DNA of 64,000 nucleotides from Octopus vulgaris (Eukaryota): NCBI GenBank assembly GCA_951406725.2, contig OX597821.1, positions 79,360,001 to 79,424,000 of the forward strand, read 5' to 3'. Shown piece by piece: positions 57,740 to 64,000 of this stretch (position 1 is its first letter; each line of letters starts with the position of its first letter). The notes under the pieces were generated by a model. It saw only the letters and a program-made list of their open reading frames with translations, ran no database searches and was not told where the DNA came from. The position numbers and the translations under genes were made by a program.

Positions 57740-57777
57740 CAGTACCGGTTTCGGTCATTTTGAGACCTTTTCAACTG
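57740..57777 (-). ncRNA. Minimal hammerhead with U3-A8 core
   Basis: CAG TTGAAAA GGTC-TCAAAAT-GACC GAAAC CG GTA CTG. Confidence 0.55.
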
Positions 57778-57921
57778 TAACGATTAAATAATTAAATTTA
57801 GAAAAATTAAAAGAAAAGTTATTTTAAAGGAATATTTGTATAGTGTTCAAATATAAGTGGCATTCTGCCTTTCTCTGTCTCCCTTGTTTGCACTTGTGTG
57901 TTCGAGGCCATTGTGAGGCCG

Positions 57922-58007
<86 letters not shown>

Positions 58008-58130
58008 CACACACATATATGTACACATACATATACAGATATGTGTGTGCGTGTGAGTGAGAGATCGTGAGATACTGTTATCACTGTGTTCCATTTATAT
58101 ATACTGTTCTAACGATCTTTCTCTATACAG

Positions 58131-58207
58131 CCTGGTTTATAAAAGAGTTCGTAGAACGTGCCGCAGATGTTGTAAAGGATGGACTGGCACGCCTAGAAAA
58201 TGCAAAG
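58131..58207 (+). CDS. Gene B exon 3 (77 nt): (S)LVYKRVRRTCRRCCKGWTGTPRKCK
   Basis: ctttctctatacag acceptor, AG|GTAATG donor, phase 2-1; aligns to gene A exon 3 (YKRxR, CxxCCxGW, final C). Implies an intron of about 21 kb. Confidence 0.8.
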
Positions 58208-59498
58208 GTAATGACAGTTGCTTAATATTCTACAGATATTACATGTAGTTAATGAGTGATATTTATATCATATTGTGAATTTTATTTGAGAACTAGCAGT
58301 ATCGCCCGGCGTTGCCCGGGTTTGTTTCGACCCTTTAGAATTGAAATTTTTGAAAAGTAAAAATTTTACATTATGTGGCTTGTTATTCTCTTTGAGTGAA
58401 CATTTTTCTGGTTGAAATACACTGAAAAATGGCGACATAGCAGTCAAAAAATCGTAAAAAATAGGGATTTTCATAGAAAAAATGCACCTTTTTGATGTAA
58501 ATAATTTTTGGTGTTAACATGGTCCGATTTGAATTTTATGTTCTACGGAAGGAAGAGCAACCCTTCTTCTATCATACTCTCAATTTTGGTCAACTTGCGC
58601 CGTAGGGTCTCGGAGGAGATAGTGTTAGTTGAAGGCTACCAAACGTGGCGCACACAGACAACTTCAGCTTTATATTTATAGATATACTAGCAGTATCGCC
58701 CGGCGTTGCTCGGGTTTGTAAGGGAAATAACTATATAAGCATTTTTAGAGAGTTATAGCCAAAAAATAGGAAAAAAGACCCTGAAACATGCGTGTCTCCA
58801 GATGCAGGCCTAGCTGTTGGGGGTATTTGTCTCCTCTTCGTAAATATATAAGGACACAGGAAATGTGTCAAGGCCAACAGGAAGCGTCGATGCTTCCTAG
58901 GGCTAAACAGCGGTGGTGTAATTCCCTTACTGTCACATTAAGTTGACAGTAAACAACCACTCTATCGCTCCACCACCGTACATATCTCTATGAGATATTT
59001 AGAAATTTAATATTTCTGACTAGCAATTTTAATACTTATGAAATCCTCGCTCTGCATTGAAAAAAAACACGAAATCCTCCCCCATGCATTTAGCAATAGA
59101 ATGCTTCTTTACGTGTACTTGAAAGGGGAATCACCTCCCTCCGACAAGTCATCCTAACGAGACGTCTGCGTTGGCTGGGTCATGCCCTCCGTCGTCAATC
59201 AGAAGAATTCATTTACGAAGCAATGGCCTCAGCTCCCCTTCAAGGTTGGCGAAAGCGATGTGATGGACAACGAAAAACCTGGCTGATGACGGTCAAGGCT
59301 GACCTGGAACCCAACCTACGAAGAAATGGCCCCAGCTCCCCTAGGCCCCCATATCTACGGCGTCCGCCGCTGGAATAAGGAGTTGTTGGAGATCACATGG
59401 TCGTTAGCCTTAAATCGCCAGACCTGACCGGCGTTTGTGAGAGATGCAGCATTGAGGATGAACGAAGCCAGCTCAATCCACCCCGGGTGAATGCTGTA

Positions 59499-60096
59499 GG
59501 AAGAAGAAGAAGAAGAAGAAGAAGAAGAAGGAGAGTGGGAGGAGAAGGAGAAGAAGAAGAAGAAGAAGAAGAAGAAGGAGAAGAAGAAAAAAGAAAGAGT
59601 AAAAGAAGAAGAATGAGGAGGAGAAGAATAAGAACAAGAAGAATAAGAAGACGATGAAGGAGGAGAAGAAGAAGGAGGAGAAGAAGAAGAAGAAGAAGAA
59701 GAAGAAGAAGAAGGGGAGGAGGAGAAGAAGAAGAAGAAGAAGAAGAAGGGGGGAGAAGAAGAAGAAAAAGAAGAAGGGGGAGGGGGAGAAGAAGAAGAAG
59801 AAGAAGAAGAAGGGGAGGGGAGAAGAAGAAGGGGAGGGGGGACGAAGAAGAAGGGGAGGGGGAGGAGAAGAAGGGGAGGGGGAGAAGAAGAAGGGGAGGG
59901 GGAGAAGAAGAAGGGGAGGGGGAGACGAAGAAGGGGGAGGTGGACGAGAAGAAGAAGAAGAAGAAGAAGGGGAGGAGAAGAAGAAGAGGGAGGAGAAGAA
60001 GAAGAAGAAGGAGAAGGAGAAGAAAAGAAGAAGAAGAAGAAGAAGAAGAAGGGGAGGAGGAGAAGAAGAAGAGGAAGAAGAAGAAGGGGAGGAGGA

Positions 60097-60127
<31 letters not shown>

Positions 60128-60360
60128 AAGGGGAGGATAAGAAGAAGAAGAAGAAGAAGAAGAAGGGGAGGAGGATAAGAAGAAGAAAAAAAAGAAGGGG
60201 GAGGGAGAGAAGAAGAAGAAGGGGGAGGAGAAGAAGAAGAAGAAGAAGAAGAAGAAGGGGAGGAGGATAAGAAGAAGAAGAAGGAGAAGAAGAAGAAGAA
60301 GAAGAAGAAGAAGAAGAAGAAGAAGAAGAAGAAAAGAAGAAGAAGAAGAAGAAGAAGGGG
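59499..60360 (+). repeat. Polypurine (GAA/GGA)n tract of about 860 bp
   Basis: Almost no pyrimidines on the plus strand. Confidence 0.95.
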
Positions 60361-60679
60361 AATCTACGTTGGATAATGCCATATTCTTTGCGTGGTGTGT
60401 CACAGTCGATATCACTTCAAATGCTTTGGATCACTATTTTGGGTGTGTTTAACTCTTTCCTCTCGCCGGTTTTAGTTCGATACACACCCTGGCACCTCCC
60501 TATTCTTGGCTGTTTCTTCTCCCAGAGATATCATGGTAGCAGCAGCAAGAAATAGTCGTGTTGGGAGCACTTTCAGAGCCCAGAAACAATGTCCCTTCTT
60601 CATATACTCTGATAATAATAACAATAACAATAATAACAATAACAATAACAATAATAACAATAATAACAATAACGATGAC

Positions 60680-60711
<32 letters not shown>

Positions 60712-60714
<3 letters not shown>

Positions 60715-62506
60715 GTTTAGCCTTAATACCTCTTTCAAAACTGCTCAATGACGCGCAGTACGGGTATAAAATGTTTGATAAAAATATAAATCATCTCATT
60801 TACATGGATGATTTGAAGCTTTTTGCAAAAAATAACCAACAACTCAAGGGCTCACTAGCGATAGTGAAACAATTCAGTGACGACATCAGAATGCAATTTG
60901 GCCTCGATAAATGCACAAAAGCTACCTTTATCAAAGGAAAAATGACAGAAACATCTAACGTTAACCTTGACCAGCAGAATGCCATAAAAGAACTAGACCT
61001 AGCGGAGGGCTACAAGTACCTAGGAGTAATTGAAGGGGACGGAATAAGGCATTCAGAGATGAAGGAAAGGATCAGGAGAGAATGTTATCGAAGAGTGAGA
61101 GCAATACTCAAGACAGAGCTGAATGCAAGAAACAGGATCGAAGCGATCAATACATTAGCCATACCAGTCGTGACTTACAGTTTCAATAACGTTAACTGGT
61201 CAATTACTGAAATATGTCAGCTTGACAGAAAAATACGAAAACTGTTGACAATACATAGAATGCACCACCCTAAGGCAGATACAGAATGACTCTAGCTGCC
61301 AAGAAAAGAGGGAGGCCGTGGTCTTTTGCAACTGGCAATAACAATGAAGATTGCTACAATTGGCCTAGACACCTACCTGAAAAACTCTGAGGACTGGATG
61401 TTAAAGCTTGTCTCAAAACATGAAAACAAGAAAGCATCATACCAGTAACAAAACAGGCAAAGGAATATCTAAGTGAATTCCGAATACAACAAATTTCGGA
61501 ATTAGAGATAGACATACAAGAAACAAGCACAGAAAAAGCTAAGCGCATGAAAACCCGTGTCAAAACTGCGGCCTTAGATATTCTGAATAATAAATGGCAA
61601 GAAAAACCTCTCTATGGCAAATACCCAAAGAGAGCGAATAATGGGGATATTGACAAAGCCCTGATCCATCAATGGCTAATGGCCTCTGGCTTAAAATCTG
61701 AAACAAAAGGGTTTATCATAGCAGCTCTACCAACAAGAAACTACCAGGCCAACATATTAAAGAACGGCAGTAGCCCAACATGTCGTGTATGTCGACAACA
61801 AAATGAAACCATTGATCATGTTGTCTCCAAATGCAGTCTTCTAGCGCCTACAGAGTACCTCAACAGGCATGATTTGCAAAAACCTGGCCTTGCCCCATGA
61901 AAAAAACTGGTGGGAACACAATCCACCTCCAGTGCTTGAAAATGACCACATCTCACTCCTCTGGAACTTCACCATTCAAACTGACAGAAAGATAGATGCA
62001 AATAGGCCAGACATCATATTGAAAGACTTCAGACAAAGAACACGCCTCCTCATTGATATGACTGTCCCAATCGATATAAACGTATCTGTCAAGACCTACC
62101 AAAAACTGAGCAAATATAAAGATCTTGAAATAGAAATCAGCAAAATGTGGAACCTGAAGACTAAAACAATACCTGTTGACATAGGTGCCCTGGGAATGAT
62201 AGCAAAAGGGGCTGATTGCTACCTAACTCAGATACCAGGAAACCCCAAAATGGCAGAAATTCAAAAGATAGTGCTCATGGGAACTGCTCATATCCTACGC
62301 AAAATACTCTCTATGTAATCCCAAGGTTTAAAACAAACTTTTTTTAAAATTTATTTATTAGACATTCGCTAGTACAACACATAAAAAAACAAATATATGG
62401 CACACTAGGCATAACAACAACGTGAACTTCAAACCTGTTGTCTCTTGAGATCTCTGAGTGAGACTTGGAGCCAACTTGTACCGACATAAAGCAAAAGTCA
62501 AACATA
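60712..62506 (+). mobile_element. R4/Dong-like family B, 5'-truncated, with (TAA)n tail
   Basis: YMDD, CRVC..HVVSKC, RHD, RPDII; highly similar to 5452-7240; further fragments at 62600-62790 and 62935-63165. Confidence 0.92.
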
Positions 62507-62606
<100 letters not shown>

Positions 62607-62787
62607 TTCTATGTAATCTCAAGTTTTAAAACAAACAATTTTCGTATGGTTTTTTTAGGCATTCACTAGTACAACACTAAGTACAAAACCAAATATGTGG
62701 CACCTTAGGAATAACATCAACACGAACTTCAAATTTGTTGTCTCTTGACGTCTCTGGGTGAAACTTGGAGCCAGCTTGTGCAAACAT

Positions 62788-62818
<31 letters not shown>

Positions 62819-63463
62819 TAATAATAATTATTATTATTATTATTATTATAATGATGATGATGCTGATGATAAACACCTTTTTGTGTGTTTTTCTTTTGTC
62901 TGATCTTTTATAAAAGGTGTGTTTATTAATAAACATGAGCTTTCCTTGCGATCACAATATAGCGGCGAAAGAATTTGACAAGATCAGTAAATATAAAGAC
63001 TTGCTAATAGAAATTGAAAAAATGTGGCATCTCAAGGCGACTACAGTACCAGTGATTATAGAATCTCGGAATGATAAAAAAAAAAGATACTGAAACCAAT
63101 TTGAAAATGATTCCAGGCTTACCATCTCTACAGGAAGTGCAAAAAAATTGTGTTAACTGGAACGAAATAATAAGGAGAAAAGAAGAAGAAGAAGAAGAAG
63201 AAGAAGAAGAAGAAGAAGAAGAAGAAGAAGAAGAAGAAGAAGAAGAAGAAGAAGAAGAAGAAGAAGAAGAAGAATGGAATGGTTATATCTGGAATAATCA
63301 CAAAGTTTGATTATTCCAGATAATAGCCATTCCATTTGCTCTTATACATTGTTATATCCTTAAACATCATTTTAAAGACTTTGGACAATACCTCATTTTG
63401 GGCACTTAACTGGTGATATCCAATACGCTTTGTCCTAAAAGACATTTTATTTATTACGTATAC

Positions 63464-63513
<50 letters not shown>

Positions 63514-63704
63514 TTAGGTTGAATACTTCATAAGTATAAGCACCTGTATACTCCAGCAAGTAGCAGAGGTGAGAGGGTATATGTACCAAATGAATTCAAA
63601 AAACAGAATACAAAGGATGTCGCGGCACACGTGTTTCAAGCTTTATAAACGAATAATCGACATAAAGGATAGTTTAAAGCTCTCTTCAGATACTCTCTCC
63701 TTTC

Positions 63705-64000
63705 CTTTACTTGTTTCCGTTATTTGACTGTGGCCATGCTGGGGCACCGCCTTTAGTCCAGCAAATCGACCCCAGGTCTCTTTTGCCGAACCGCTAAGTT
63801 ACGGAGACTTAAGCACAACACCATCGGTTGTCAAGCGATATTGGGGGGGACAAACACAGACACACAAACATATGCACACGCATACATATATATACATATA
63901 TACGACGGGCTTCTTTCAGTTTCCGTCTACCAAATCCACTCACAAAGCTTTGGTCGGTCCGAGGCTATAGTAGAAGATACTTGCTCAAAGTGCCACGCCG
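63705..64000 (-). mobile_element. OK-like SINE, runs off the window
   Basis: Same family as 10195-10745. Confidence 0.8.

Noticed and set aside
60475-60560. Possible gene B exon 4 after a pyrimidine-rich AG
   Set aside because: No similarity to the gene A candidate exon and no convincing donor; unsupported.

Overview
AT-rich, microsatellite-saturated eukaryotic DNA. The SINE and LINE families look like those of Octopus/coleoid cephalopods (inference). Most ORF-track entries are microsatellite or antisense artefacts. The window is mostly mobile DNA: R4/Dong-like non-LTR elements (RT plus restriction-like endonuclease) sitting in (TAA)n, Penelope-like GIY-YIG elements in (TA)n, CR1-group and RTE LINEs, a Tx1 fragment, tRNA-derived SINEs, a hAT element with an 8-bp TSD, a Tc1 remnant and Helitron/Helentron pieces. 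Two things stand out. (1) A head-to-head pair of spliced paralogous genes: minus strand exons 26490-25922, 18675-18583, 12401-12325 and possibly 11811-11777; plus strand exons 33716-34284, 36996-37094, 58131-58207. Each encodes a signal peptide, a long D/E-rich region and a strongly cationic 8-Cys EMI-like domain. Promoter and exon 1 are almost identical between the copies, but the Cys domains are only about 30% identical, an architecture reminiscent of antimicrobial-peptide or toxin precursors. (2) About a dozen hammerhead-ribozyme-like motifs, including U3-A8 covariant cores, tied to Penelope termini and to non-coding fold-back elements embedded in (TA)n. Repeat boundaries are read by eye and approximate; exon boundaries were checked base by base.
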